Shown: piece by piece, positions 41,034 to 51,075 of the stretch
Position numbering within the stretch: the stretch's first letter is position 1
Layout: every line of letters begins with the position of its first letter
Origin: an uncultured Verrucomicrobiae bacterium
Lineage (GTDB): Bacteria; Verrucomicrobiota; Verrucomicrobiia; Chthoniobacterales; UBA10450
NCBI GenBank assembly: GCA_963756875.1
Contig: CAVWPA010000003.1
Location: forward strand, 608,001-672,000
DNA length: 64,000 nucleotides
Direction of reading: 5' to 3'
Translations under genes and position numbers: made by a program
Notes under the pieces: generated by a model
Databases searched by the model: none
Seen by the model: only the letters and a program-made list of their open reading frames with translations
What the model was told of the DNA's origin: nothing

Positions 41034-41516
41034 TCATTGCCTGTCCTCCATGACCAGGACCAACGCTCCAATTAACGCCGCGGTGAGCAGCACACCGACG
41101 CATTGAAGCGGCCAGACGTAATTTGTCATCAACGCTTCTCCGATTCGTTTCACCGTGAGCGGCGGGATTGGCGACGCGAGGATAATAGACGACTGCGTTT
41201 TGAGGATGGCCCAAAGCAAGCCGCCGAACACCACGACGGCGACTACGCCGCCGCCCCAGTTGAATCCATGATCCTTTTCCGCGTCGTGACGGGTCAGCAA
41301 AATCGTGAAGACGATCAACACGGCGACGGCGCCGACATAAATAAAGACCTGGACCAATCCGACGAACTCCGCGCCAAGCAAAAAGAAAAATGCCGCCAGT
41401 CCGACAAACACGATGACGAGGCTTAGAGCCGCGTGCATGAGTTTTCGCAGGACGGCTGCGGCCAGCGCCCCGGCAAGGGTGATGCTGGCGATGAAGATGA
41501 AAGCGATGCCGTTCAT
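41034..41516 (-). CDS. nuoJ: NADH-quinone oxidoreductase subunit J
   Basis: LGAEFV..VQVFIYVGAVAVLIVF. Confidence 0.9.
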   Translation of the reverse strand: MNGIAFIFIASITLAGALAAAVLRKLMHAALSLVIVFVGLAAFFFLLGAEFVGLVQVFIYVGAVAVLIVFTILLTRHDAEKDHGFNWGGGVVAVVVFGGLLWAILKTQSSIILASPIPPLTVKRIGEALMTNYVWPLQCVGVLLTAALIGALVLVMEDRQ

Positions 41517-42700
41517 TCGGCGAAGCGATAGGTGCGCGGCGCAAATTTTTTTCGCGTATCGAGAAGCAGCGACAAGGCGACATAAACAATAACGATCACG
41601 GCGAGCGACCAAAGCCATCCTGCAAGCCCGCGTCCCTGATAATACCAGACGGCGGCTGCGATGACGCAAGTGAACGCCATCGGCAGCATGAATTTCCAGG
41701 CGAAATTCATCATTTGATCAACGCGCATGCGGGGCAACGTTCCGCGAAGCCAGATATAAACGAACAAAAGCACGCTGAGCTTCGCGAAGAACCAGACGTA
41801 GGAAGGAATAAACTCGAGCACGCGAATCGGCGCGTGCCAGCCGCCAAGAAACAGCGTCACGCCAAGGCCGCTGACAGCGAACATTCCCAGGTATTCCGCC
41901 ATGAAGAATGTGGCGTACTTGAATCCTGAATATTCGGTCATATGGCCCGCGACGATTTCCGATTCACCCTCCGGCACATCGAACGGAGTCCGGTTCGATT
42001 CGACCAGACCGGAAACGAAAAACAGAATGAAACCGGCTGCACCCCAGGGAGTCAAAACGAACCAATGTGGCAGAAATCCAAACTTGTAGCCATTTTGCGC
42101 CGCCACAATTGCGTTGGGGGTGAGCGAGCCGACCACCATGACGACAGGCAGCACTGTGATGATGAGCGGTAACTCGTAGCTGATCATCTGGGCGATCGCG
42201 CGCATCGCGCCCAGCATCGAAAACTTGTTGTTACTTCCCCATCCGGCCATGAAGACAGTGAGTTCCGTTGCCGATCCGACAGCGAAGAAAAAAAGGATGC
42301 CTCCGTCAATTGTGAACGGGGTCATGTTTCGTCCATACGGAATGATGCCGAGCGTAAGAATTGCCGTGGCAGCAATTAAAACCGGTGCGAGAAAGTGCAC
42401 AATCTTGTCGGCGCGCGCCGGCACGACGTCTTCCTTGATCAGCATCTTGATGCCGTCGGCGATCGGCTGGAAAAGCCCGAACGGTCCGACGCGATTCGGG
42501 CCGTAGCGGTTTTGTATGCGTCCGAGAATTTTGCGCTCCATGACGGACATGAGTGCAAAGAGAGTAAGGAAAACGCCGAGCACCGTTCCAATGTTGATCA
42601 GGCTCGAGGCGATCTGGAGTACCCAATCGGGCGCGCCCGCCAGCCAGGAAAGCAACCACTCCTTCAGGTAAACGAAGATTTGATCAACAGAAGGGCGCAT
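41513..42700 (-). CDS. nuoH: NADH-quinone oxidoreductase subunit H
   Basis: ERK..GRIQNRYGPNRVG, QPIADG.K, RTPFD.PEGESE. Confidence 0.95.
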   Translation of the reverse strand: MRPSVDQIFVYLKEWLLSWLAGAPDWVLQIASSLINIGTVLGVFLTLFALMSVMERKILGRIQNRYGPNRVGPFGLFQPIADGIKMLIKEDVVPARADKIVHFLAPVLIAATAILTLGIIPYGRNMTPFTIDGGILFFFAVGSATELTVFMAGWGSNNKFSMLGAMRAIAQMISYELPLIITVLPVVMVVGSLTPNAIVAAQNGYKFGFLPHWFVLTPWGAAGFILFFVSGLVESNRTPFDVPEGESEIVAGHMTEYSGFKYATFFMAEYLGMFAVSGLGVTLFLGGWHAPIRVLEFIPSYVWFFAKLSVLLFVYIWLRGTLPRMRVDQMMNFAWKFMLPMAFTCVIAAAVWYYQGRGLAGWLWSLAVIVIVYVALSLLLDTRKKFAPRTYRFAE

Positions 42701-42758
42701 GAAGCCAAACTAAAAATTCAGGTCGAAATACGTTAAAGCATTGCCGAAGAGCTTTTTT

Positions 42759-42805
42759 GTCATGTCGGGCGAAATCGAGATTCCTCGACTCCGTTCGGAA
42801 TGACA
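42759..42805. repeat. TGTCAT/CGTC-type REP hairpin
   Basis: TGTCATGTCGGGCG...GAGATTCCTCGACTCCGTTCGGAATGACA; related copy at 61915-61943. Confidence 0.65.
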
Positions 42806-42860
42806 AGCTTTTCGGCGGCGCCGTGTTGAAAAATCGTATTGTGTGATCTCATCTGCCAAA

Positions 42861-43757
42861 TCAGATGTGGTTGCTGGAATGTTTGTGTCGATCCATAAAG
42901 GTGAGCTCGGCGATTCCGGATTTGTCCAGTTCGCCAAGGCCTTCCGCAATCATACGGTCGTATTGTTCCTTTGTGGCTCGCGCAAGCGGAAGATCGAGCC
43001 CGGCTCCGCGCGCCAGTTCGAGGGCGATGCCGCTGTCCTTGGCTGCATGCGCCGCAGAGAAGAAACAGGCGTGGTCGCGGTTTTGCATGTCTTCGCCGTC
43101 TGTCTGAAGAACGCGCGAAGCGGCGCCGGTTTGCGAAAAAACTTCGCGTAACGTCTTTAGATCGAGGCCGAGGGCAGATCCCAGACCAAGTCCCTCAGCC
43201 AATCCGGCGGTATTGATGTTCATGACCATGTTGACGAGCGCTTTTACTTTCGCCGCCTCGCCGGCCTTGCCGATGAAACGCACGGTCGAGCCCAGTTCCT
43301 TCAAAATCGGCTCGGCTTTACGAAACGCTTCTTCTTTTCCGCCGCACATCAAATAAAGCGACCCTTCCCGCGCCTGAGTGATGCTCGATGCCATGCAGGC
43401 TTCGAGCGACAGCGCGCCCGCTTTTTGCGCCAGTTTTTCAACTTCAACGTGCATCTGCGGTGAAATCGTTGCGCAGTTGATGAAAAGTTTGCCACGCGCG
43501 TTGACGAGCAGATTGTCGCCGGCCCCGGCAAAAATCTCGCGCATTGCACCGTCATCGGTCACGACGGTGAAGATCACGTCCGCGCTCGCGGTTACTTCCG
43601 ACAAATCCTGACAGGCGGCACAACCAAGTTCCTCGGCCAGCGCGGTCGCCGACGGACGATTTTTATCGTACACGGCGGTGACGCCAAATTTTCGATCTTT
43701 CAATCGACGAGCCATGTTCGCGCCCATTCGTCCGACTCCGACAAAACCGACGTTCAT
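42861..43757 (-). CDS. NAD(P)-dependent oxidoreductase, beta-hydroxyacid dehydrogenase family
   Basis: GFVGVGRMGANMA, KVKALVN, AAKD. Confidence 0.9.
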   Translation of the reverse strand: MNVGFVGVGRMGANMARRLKDRKFGVTAVYDKNRPSATALAEELGCAACQDLSEVTASADVIFTVVTDDGAMREIFAGAGDNLLVNARGKLFINCATISPQMHVEVEKLAQKAGALSLEACMASSITQAREGSLYLMCGGKEEAFRKAEPILKELGSTVRFIGKAGEAAKVKALVNMVMNINTAGLAEGLGLGSALGLDLKTLREVFSQTGAASRVLQTDGEDMQNRDHACFFSAAHAAKDSGIALELARGAGLDLPLARATKEQYDRMIAEGLGELDKSGIAELTFMDRHKHSSNHI

Positions 43758-43772
43758 ATAAAGTAGCGCGAA

Positions 43773-44591
43773 TTACACTTTCCCGGCGAAGAAGGGATTG
43801 TGCGCCTTCTCCTCCCGGACGGTCGTCATCGGACCGTGCCCCGGGCAAATGACAGTTTCGTCCCGAAGGGTCAGAATTTGTTCCAGGTTATTTCGAACAG
43901 CGTCTTCGTAGGAAACATTTCCGCCTCCCATGGAGCCGGCAAAAAGCGAGTCGCCCACGATCGCCACGGGGCGCGCCAAGCCCGTCACCACATAGGTCAT
44001 TCCACCAGGCGAATGTCCCCAGGTCAGCCTCGTCTCGATCTTGAGCTTGCCGAGACTAAGATGTTTGCCTTCCTCGATCGGTTCGGCGCCTGGCACGGAT
44101 TCGCGCGCCGGCGTCGAAACACGCGCGCCGGTTCTTTTCTGTAACCGCGACAAATCGGCTATGTGGTCGGGATGGGCATGCGTGAGTAAAATCAATTTCA
44201 AATTCAGTTTTTCCTTTTCCGCGAGCTGTAACATCTCGGATGCATCCGCGCCGGTATCGAACGCAACGGTCTGGCGGGTCGCCGGGTCCCAGACGAGATA
44301 GGAGTTCACCGTCATGCCGTGATAGTGAGTGGTGAATTGCGCGAGGCCATCGATCTTTTCGGGCTTTGCGGGTTGCCAGGTCCCTGTGGCGAGGTCGCAC
44401 AAAGCGCGCGCCGCCAGGCCAAGAGCGGGAGCGATGCGCATCAGGGCCAGCTCGTCATACTCACCGGCCCGCAGCTTGCGAATGGTCTGGGAACTCACGC
44501 GGGCCTTTTCGGCCAGCTCAGTATCAGAAACGCGCAAACCAGCCTGCGCTTTGCCGATTACGTCTGCGAAATTGTCTTCCAGGGGAATCAT
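43773..44591 (-). CDS. MBL-fold hydrolase (glyoxalase II-like) with N-terminal HTH-like segment
   Basis: THAHPDH, GHSPG, GDSLFAGS, PGHGP. Confidence 0.9.
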   Translation of the reverse strand: MIPLEDNFADVIGKAQAGLRVSDTELAEKARVSSQTIRKLRAGEYDELALMRIAPALGLAARALCDLATGTWQPAKPEKIDGLAQFTTHYHGMTVNSYLVWDPATRQTVAFDTGADASEMLQLAEKEKLNLKLILLTHAHPDHIADLSRLQKRTGARVSTPARESVPGAEPIEEGKHLSLGKLKIETRLTWGHSPGGMTYVVTGLARPVAIVGDSLFAGSMGGGNVSYEDAVRNNLEQILTLRDETVICPGHGPMTTVREEKAHNPFFAGKV

Positions 44592-44594
44592 TCG

Positions 44595-45260
44595 TTAGGC
44601 ATTGGCTGGATCGGGCACGAAGCTGGCTTTCAGGTCCTGGATTCGTTCCCGGGCGATCGCTGCGAACTGAGCCGCAACATCGGTCAGAGAAAACGATCTG
44701 CCAGCTTCTTTTTCCATCGAAGTCATTGCAACATTGGTGAGGCCACACGGAACGATAAAGTTAAATGGCGAGAGGTCGCCGCCGACATTCAGCGCAAAAC
44801 CGTGCATGGTGATCCAGTGACGCACGCCGACCCCGATCGATGCGATCTTGCGTCGCTCAATCCAAACGCCGGTCATACCGTCGCGTCGTGTCGCGCGGAT
44901 CTCATGTGCCGCCAGAAATTCAATGAGGAGTTGCTCGAGCCAGCGCAAATAGCGGTGCAAATCCTGGCCGCAGCGGCGCAGGTCGAGAATCGGGTACCCC
45001 ATCAACTGGCCGGGGCCGTGGTACGTTGCCTGGCCGCCGCGATTGATCTCAAAAAGCGGATGCGGCAGATGCGCCGCGCCGAGCAGGCTGGATTGGTCCG
45101 GGTTGCGGCCGATGGTGTAAACCGGTTCGTGCTCGAGCAGGAGCAGTTCGTCGCCTAACGAACGATCTGCGTGTTTGCGCGCCATGATCTCCTCTTGCAG
45201 AGCGAGCGCGTCGGTAAATGGCATTCGTCCCAGCCAGCGCACGGTGAAATCGGAATTCAT
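44595..45260 (-). CDS. lipB: Octanoyltransferase
   Basis: LEHEPVYT, RGGQATYHGPGQ, KIASIG, HGFALN, PCG. Confidence 0.95.
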   Translation of the reverse strand: MNSDFTVRWLGRMPFTDALALQEEIMARKHADRSLGDELLLLEHEPVYTIGRNPDQSSLLGAAHLPHPLFEINRGGQATYHGPGQLMGYPILDLRRCGQDLHRYLRWLEQLLIEFLAAHEIRATRRDGMTGVWIERRKIASIGVGVRHWITMHGFALNVGGDLSPFNFIVPCGLTNVAMTSMEKEAGRSFSLTDVAAQFAAIARERIQDLKASFVPDPANA

Positions 45261-45760
45261 ATCCGGGCTCCTTCCGGCATTCCGGCCCGAACACTTTCCT
45301 GCGCACGCACGTGCGTCAGCCCGATCGCGAGCGCATCGGCTGCGTCCGGATTGGGCGTTTCAGTCAATCCGAGCAGCGCCCGCACCATGAATGCGACCTG
45401 GTTCTTCCCCGCGGTGCCGCGGCCGACGGTGGCTTGCTTGATTCGTTTCGGCGCGTATTCGAAAACAGGCAAGCCGTTTTCCGCCGCGGTGAGAATGGCC
45501 GCGCCGCGCGCTGCGCCAAGCAAAATCGCAGTCTTGTGGCTCTGCACGTAAATAACCGATTCCAGCGCGCAGCAATCCGGCCCGTGCTCGCGGATTAATT
45601 CAGAAAGCCTGTCGCGGATGGCAACGAGGCACGATGATGATCGCAGCGAGCCTGCATTGTGGATCGTGCCGAAATAGAGTGCGCGCGCCTTGCCGTTGTT
45701 TGCATCGATGATCGCGACGCCGGTGTTTCGCAAAGAGGCATCGATGGCCAGAACGCGCAT
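45257..45760 (-). CDS. ruvC: Holliday junction resolvase
   Basis: LAID.S, ALE, IKQATVG.G.A.K.QV, DAADALA. Confidence 0.93.
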   Translation of the reverse strand: MRVLAIDASLRNTGVAIIDANNGKARALYFGTIHNAGSLRSSSCLVAIRDRLSELIREHGPDCCALESVIYVQSHKTAILLGAARGAAILTAAENGLPVFEYAPKRIKQATVGRGTAGKNQVAFMVRALLGLTETPNPDAADALAIGLTHVRAQESVRAGMPEGARI

Positions 45761-45852
45761 AATCGTTGTCCGTAAGGTTAAGATCGACCGGCAGTCATTC
45801 AAGACGCAATCGACAAGCCTCGTTTCCGGGGCTTAGTTTGCCATAAGCATCG

Positions 45853-46555
45853 ATGAAAGAGACTCCGCGTTGTGTTTGCCAGGTCTGCAAAAAACCGAAG
45901 TCGCCACAGGACGGCAGAATCGCGGAATTGATTCGACCATCCCTTCTCGAATTCATCAAGAAGCAGGTCCCTGAATGGGACGACAAGGGCTTTATCTGCC
46001 TGGAGTGTCTCGGCAAATTCCGAAAGGATTACGTCAAGGAAACGCTTGAGCAAGAGATTGGTGAGCTTTCCGCGCTCGATAACGAAGTCATCGAAAGTTT
46101 GCAGCAGCACGAGATCCTTTCCGAAAACATCAGCAAGCAGTTCGAGAAGAAGCTGACTTTTGGCGAGCGGCTTTCGGACCGAATCGCCGAATTCGGCGGA
46201 AGCTGGCGATTCATCATTTTGTTCGGAACCGTTCTGATGATCTGGATCCTTGCGAACGCCATCTTTCTCGCCAATCGCGGATTCGATCCCTATCCATTCA
46301 TTCTGCTTAATCTCATCCTCTCCTGCCTTGCGGCGATCCAGGCGCCGATCATCATGATGAGTCAGAATCGTGCCGAATCGCGCGATCGATTGCGCGCGGA
46401 GAACGACTACAAGGTCAACCTCAAAGCAGAACTGGAAATCCGGCATCTGCACGAGAAGATCGACCATCTATTGCGCCGGCAGGTACAATCGGTTGTTCGA
46501 GATTCAGCAGATTCAAATCGAGCTTCTCGAGGAACTCGGCCGCAAGCGCGGGTAA
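45853..46555 (+). CDS. DUF1003 membrane protein, apparent +1 frameshift near 46483
   Basis: FDPYPFILLNL, QAPIIMMSQNR; the expected tail RLFEIQQIQIELL is in the next frame. Confidence 0.88.
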
Positions 46556-46706
46556 CAGGCCAGAGATCCAAATTTTGGTCGCAGCCACACTCGAAAACGC
46601 GCGCCAGAACTTGACTGCTTAAAGCAGTCAAGTCTAACGAGTGCTTCCGGGGTTGAATGCCAGGGCGCCTGGTGGATAGATCGCAGGCTGCGGGGGCTCT
46701 GTTGGC

Positions 46707-49271
46707 TTAACGGCCTTCCGTCTCGCCATCGACAGCCTGCGTGGCGAGCACGCAGCGGAAACCGTAAATCACATCGCGCTCGCTGCGATCGACCACGTTG
46801 CGATAAGAGGATTGCATCTCCAGGCGATTGCTCGTGGCCCAGGAACCGCCGCGCAGCACTCCCCAGTCACGGCCAGTAGTGCTGGTGTTTCCTTTGTAGG
46901 CTTCGGCGCACCATTCCCACACGTTTCCGCCCATGTCGTAAACGCCCGGCGCGTTCGGCTTGAAACTTCCGGCCGGCGCTGTTTGCGGAAAACCATCGTT
47001 ATAACCTTCAATCGCGCTCGCGCCACGCCGTTTTGCGCTTTGGTCGGCGTAATTGCCCGCGCCGCGGGGAGGCGGCCATTGTTTTCCCCACGGAAACTCA
47101 TTGCGGATCTTGCCATCGCGCGCTTCCGGGGTCGCGCCGGTTTCTTTAGGCAAGCCGGCCGCGGCGCTCCATTCGCGGTCGGTCGGGAGCCGATAAATCT
47201 GCCGGTCTTCCAAGAGATTTTCGTCGCGCTCCTTTTCGGTTAACCATTTGCAAAAGGCGTTTGCGTCGAACCAATTCACTTTTACCACGGGGTGAAGCGG
47301 TGTTTGCTGAAAATCGGGAGGTTCGTAATGGCGACCGGTGGCATTGCAAAATGTTTCGTAATCCTGGACCCGCGTTTCCCAAACCGAGATGCGAATATGA
47401 TCCAGCGGCACGAATTTCATGCCGAGCGAGTTCGTCCAGGGCTGGCCCGGCTCCGGCCCCAGGCTTTTTTCCAGGCGGGCGGCGAGAAAGGCCTGCTGTT
47501 GCGCCTCGACTTTGCCCGTTACCGAAGCCGATTTGAATCCGCTCAAACGCAGTTCGTAAGTTACCGGCCCCGGTTTTACTTCGGCGATGACCAGAGGCGT
47601 TTGACCCAGATCCCGCCCGTTCGCGATCACAGTTGCGCCGCCTGGCGCGCTCGTAATTTTCACGCTGCCATTTGCGAACACAAAATGCGCGGAGTTCTCG
47701 TGCTGCGCCTGGACCACAATCGATCGATGCTCCTCGGGCCAGCCCTTCATTCGCGCAATGAGTTCGTGAGGACGAGCGGGAATTTCCAGGCGCAGCGGCG
47801 TTTGCCCCCGGGGACTCCCATCGACAATTATTTCTGCGCTGGCCGGCTCGCTGGTGACCTTCACGACTCCATTCAAAAATGCGAACGATCTTCGCGCCGT
47901 CTGGCCGCGTTCGATCTCGACGATCTCGCGCATTTCCCAGTCGCCGCGCTTTGCGACCACTGAGTATTTGCCCGTCGGCAAATCTCCCAGAGTCGCGGGC
48001 GTAGTTCCGTCGCGCGACAGGCGGCCATCGTCGCTGCGCAGAGAAAATTTCGCGCCGGCCGGGTCGGATCGTACCTCAAGCGTGCCCTTGCTGCGTATCA
48101 AATGAAACATTGGGAATTCGGCCGAATGCCGCGTTCCGAAATCGACAATCGTTTCGACCGGGTCGTAGCCGGGGTTCATGATCCGCAATCTGTATTTGCG
48201 CGGTTCGAGGTCGCTGAAGGTCGCCGGGCTTTTTTCAACATGGTCGCCCAGGAGCACGAGCGCAGCGGGCGGATCGGTTCGGATTGTCGTCTGCAGATGC
48301 AGATCGCCAGTCGGCGGAGATGTGCGGGACCACCAAAAGATAAATCCTCCTCCGAGGGCGAGAAAAACCAGCAGTGCGACGAGCACGCGCTTCACCGGCG
48401 ATCTGGTTCCCACCGGGCGATCGCCGCGTTTCAACGCGGCGAGGTCCGCGTGCATGTTTGCCGCCGACACATACCGCTTGCGCGGCTCGTTGGCGCACGC
48501 TTTCACAAGCACGTCGTTCAATTGCAACAGCTGCTGCTTGTCCGGCCGCTGACTCAATTGCGAGTCGATCTCTGGGAAATCGAGCCGATCTTTCCCCGTG
48601 CTGATTTCGTAAATGACTTTGCCGAGGCTGAAAATATCCGCTTGCGGTGTGCCTGGTCCCTCGGGTGGAACGTAGCCCTCGGTTCCAACGAACGAACGCT
48701 GTCCGGTCGCAGCAACCAGGCCGATGTCGGCCAGTTTAGGCACACCGTCGATGAGAATGATATTCGACGGCTTAATGTCGCGGTGGGTGAGTCCGCACGC
48801 GTGCAAGGCTCCCAGCGCTTCGCTTAAAGAAAGGCCAAGCTGAATCGATTCGGCAGCAGACAGACATTTTTGGTGTTCCAGATCGCTTTTCAACGTGCGC
48901 GGTTCGTATTTGGCGACGTCGATTTTGCGGCCGGCGAGATGGTCGTCGGCCAGTTCCATAATGTAATAAAGGTAATCGTTTGTGCGGCCGACATGGAGAA
49001 TGTCCACGAAACCGGCATGCGCGCGCGAGATTGGCTCGAACGCGGACATGCCCTGAAATTCGCGCTGAAAAGCGCGTTCGCTTTCGAACGTGGTCCGATA
49101 AACAACTTTCACCGCGCGAAACGCGCCGGTCAGACTCTTCGCCAGCCAGATCTCACCATAAGCGCCGCGCCCGATCACGCGCAGTACCTCGTGATCGGGA
49201 ACAACCGGAACCTTTACCGAAACTTCGTCAGGAATGAGCGCAATTTTACACGGATCGGCAAGGTGAGGCAA
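46707..49271 (-). CDS. Membrane Ser/Thr kinase with PEGA repeats and FGE-sulfatase (SUMF1) domain
   Basis: IGRGAYG, HRDIKPSN, DIG, TM helix, repeated S.P.GA units, YDMGGNVWEW, GFRCV. Confidence 0.9.
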   Translation of the reverse strand: MPHLADPCKIALIPDEVSVKVPVVPDHEVLRVIGRGAYGEIWLAKSLTGAFRAVKVVYRTTFESERAFQREFQGMSAFEPISRAHAGFVDILHVGRTNDYLYYIMELADDHLAGRKIDVAKYEPRTLKSDLEHQKCLSAAESIQLGLSLSEALGALHACGLTHRDIKPSNIILIDGVPKLADIGLVAATGQRSFVGTEGYVPPEGPGTPQADIFSLGKVIYEISTGKDRLDFPEIDSQLSQRPDKQQLLQLNDVLVKACANEPRKRYVSAANMHADLAALKRGDRPVGTRSPVKRVLVALLVFLALGGGFIFWWSRTSPPTGDLHLQTTIRTDPPAALVLLGDHVEKSPATFSDLEPRKYRLRIMNPGYDPVETIVDFGTRHSAEFPMFHLIRSKGTLEVRSDPAGAKFSLRSDDGRLSRDGTTPATLGDLPTGKYSVVAKRGDWEMREIVEIERGQTARRSFAFLNGVVKVTSEPASAEIIVDGSPRGQTPLRLEIPARPHELIARMKGWPEEHRSIVVQAQHENSAHFVFANGSVKITSAPGGATVIANGRDLGQTPLVIAEVKPGPVTYELRLSGFKSASVTGKVEAQQQAFLAARLEKSLGPEPGQPWTNSLGMKFVPLDHIRISVWETRVQDYETFCNATGRHYEPPDFQQTPLHPVVKVNWFDANAFCKWLTEKERDENLLEDRQIYRLPTDREWSAAAGLPKETGATPEARDGKIRNEFPWGKQWPPPRGAGNYADQSAKRRGASAIEGYNDGFPQTAPAGSFKPNAPGVYDMGGNVWEWCAEAYKGNTSTTGRDWGVLRGGSWATSNRLEMQSSYRNVVDRSERDVIYGFRCVLATQAVDGETEGR

Positions 49272-49289
49272 TTCCGGGCGGGCAGTGCG

Positions 49290-49910
49290 CTACACGGAGA
49301 TCTTCTCCAGCGCCTTGATCTCCTTCTTGAGCATTGCCGAGACACGGTGCCGGGCGAGGTAAACCTGGCCTATGCTGACTCTTAGCTGCTCGGCCACTTT
49401 CTGCGCGGGCCATTCCTTACGTACATAACAATCGAAGATTTGGAATTGTTTCGGGTCGACTTTCTTTTTAACCCGGGTCACGGCCGCCCCGAGCAGATTT
49501 TCCTGCCATTCCTTTTCCCAGAGAGCGTCCAGATCGACTCCGTGCGGGTCGGCCACGCGTTCTATCGTCGCCGTTGCTCGATCGTCCGCCGAGCGGGGAA
49601 ATTTACGGTTGCCCGGTTCGCGTTTACGAAATTGATCGGCAATTCGCCAGCGCGTGATTTGCAGGAGCCAGCCCTTGAAGGAGCCGATCGCGGGATCGTA
49701 TTTCAACTTATCGATCTTCTTTGCTACGGTGATGATGGTTTCCTGCACGACTTCCTGCGCTTCGGCATCGATCAGGCCCGATCTGCGCGCCGCGGAATAA
49801 ATCAGTTTCCAGTAGGTATCGAAAAATTCCTGCCAGCGCTTGCGGTCTTCCCAATCAGCCAGGCGTTCGACCAGGCTGCGGCGCGTTGCCAGTAATCCTG
49901 CGCTCTTCAT
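49290..49910 (-). CDS. ECF sigma-70 factor, upstream of the kinase
   Basis: W.EF...Y..LIY, A.EVVQET, region 4 VAEQL..S..QVYLA.HR. Confidence 0.9.
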   Translation of the reverse strand: MKSAGLLATRRSLVERLADWEDRKRWQEFFDTYWKLIYSAARRSGLIDAEAQEVVQETIITVAKKIDKLKYDPAIGSFKGWLLQITRWRIADQFRKREPGNRKFPRSADDRATATIERVADPHGVDLDALWEKEWQENLLGAAVTRVKKKVDPKQFQIFDCYVRKEWPAQKVAEQLRVSIGQVYLARHRVSAMLKKEIKALEKISV

Positions 49911-50074
49911 ATCGATCTACTTAACGTAACCGCGGCGGGAGTGAAAGTAATGATCCGCCAAACACGCCAAATGCCGCCGAAAGAAGGCTGTTGTTGTGTC
50001 ATTTGCCGTATGAGAAGGCCTGGCGGGACGTCGGCGGTAGTGTTCGCTGATTGTCAGTCCCCGGGGAAATACTG

Positions 50075-50130
50075 CCCTCACCTGGCGCTTCGCGTCCTCC
50101 TCTCCCTGAGGGAGAGGACCGAGGTGAGGG
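50075..50130. repeat. REP-like palindrome CCCTCACC...CTCTCCC..GGGAGAGG...GGTGAGGG
   Basis: Nested hairpins directly visible. Confidence 0.65.
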
Positions 50131-50237
50131 CCAGTCATGTGCAACTGACTATTGACCAACACTACCGACCTCGGCTTGCGATTCGTTTCGGCATTGAACG
50201 TTAAGCGTTTAACGGAGAGATTCGGCGGGCGCCAAAC

Positions 50238-50942
50238 ATGTCCACACCAAACGCGCCGGTCTCAATCATTGTCCCGACCCTGAACGAGGCGGAGAATATC
50301 ACGCCGCTGGTGTCGCACATTGTCGCGACCGGCGTCCCGTTTCACGAAATCCTTTTTTTGGATGGCGCTTCCACCGACGGGACCCAGGATCTCGTCAGGG
50401 CGCTTGCGGCAAATCATCCGATTCGGTTGATCGAGCAGGAGCCGGGCGAGCCGGGACTGGCCGCAGCGATCATGCAGGGGGCGCGCGCCGCAACCGGGGA
50501 GATTCTGGTGGTAATGGATGCGGACCTGAGCCATCCGCCGGAACGCATCAATGATTTGCTGGCGCCGATTGCGGCGGGAATGGCGGATATGGCCATCGGA
50601 AGCCGATACGTAGCCGGCGGATCGACGCCCGGCTGGCCGCTCTGGCGGCGAATGTTGTCACGAATTGCGTCGGCGTTTGCCTGGCCGCTCACTGGAGTTC
50701 GCGATTCGATGTGCGGATTTTTCGTCATCGCACGGGCTCGATTGTTGGAAATCGCGCCCCCAACCAGCGGCTTCAAGATTGTCTTTGAAACAATCGTGCG
50801 CGGTCGCGATTTGCGTGTTCGGGAAATCCCAATCGCCTTCCGCGATCGTGCGCGCGGCCAATCCAAGATGTCGTTTGGCGTTGCGCTGAAGTTTTTTTTG
50901 AGATGGTTACTTGCGATCGTTCAGCATCCGTTTCGAAGATGA
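50238..50942 (+). CDS. Polyprenol-phosphate mannosyltransferase (GT2)
   Basis: IIVPTLNEAEN, MDADLSHPP, GSRY, F.DR..G.SK. Confidence 0.88.
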   Translation: MSTPNAPVSIIVPTLNEAENITPLVSHIVATGVPFHEILFLDGASTDGTQDLVRALAANHPIRLIEQEPGEPGLAAAIMQGARAATGEILVVMDADLSHPPERINDLLAPIAAGMADMAIGSRYVAGGSTPGWPLWRRMLSRIASAFAWPLTGVRDSMCGFFVIARARLLEIAPPTSGFKIVFETIVRGRDLRVREIPIAFRDRARGQSKMSFGVALKFFLRWLLAIVQHPFRR

Positions 50943-50946
50943 AGGA

Positions 50947-51075
50947 AAGCTCCAAATTCCAAGCTCCAACATCCAGAGAAATCCCAGGCTCCAATATTCA
51001 AAATGGCACGCATTGCCCTATTGGAGTTTGATGATTGAAGCTTCTTTGGGGCTTGGATGTTGGAATTTGGAGCTT
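50947..51075. repeat. Heptamer-built long inverted repeat between convergent genes, possible bidirectional terminator
   Basis: AAGCTCCAAATTCCAA ... TTGGAATTTGGAGCTT (16-bp perfect ends). Confidence 0.8.
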
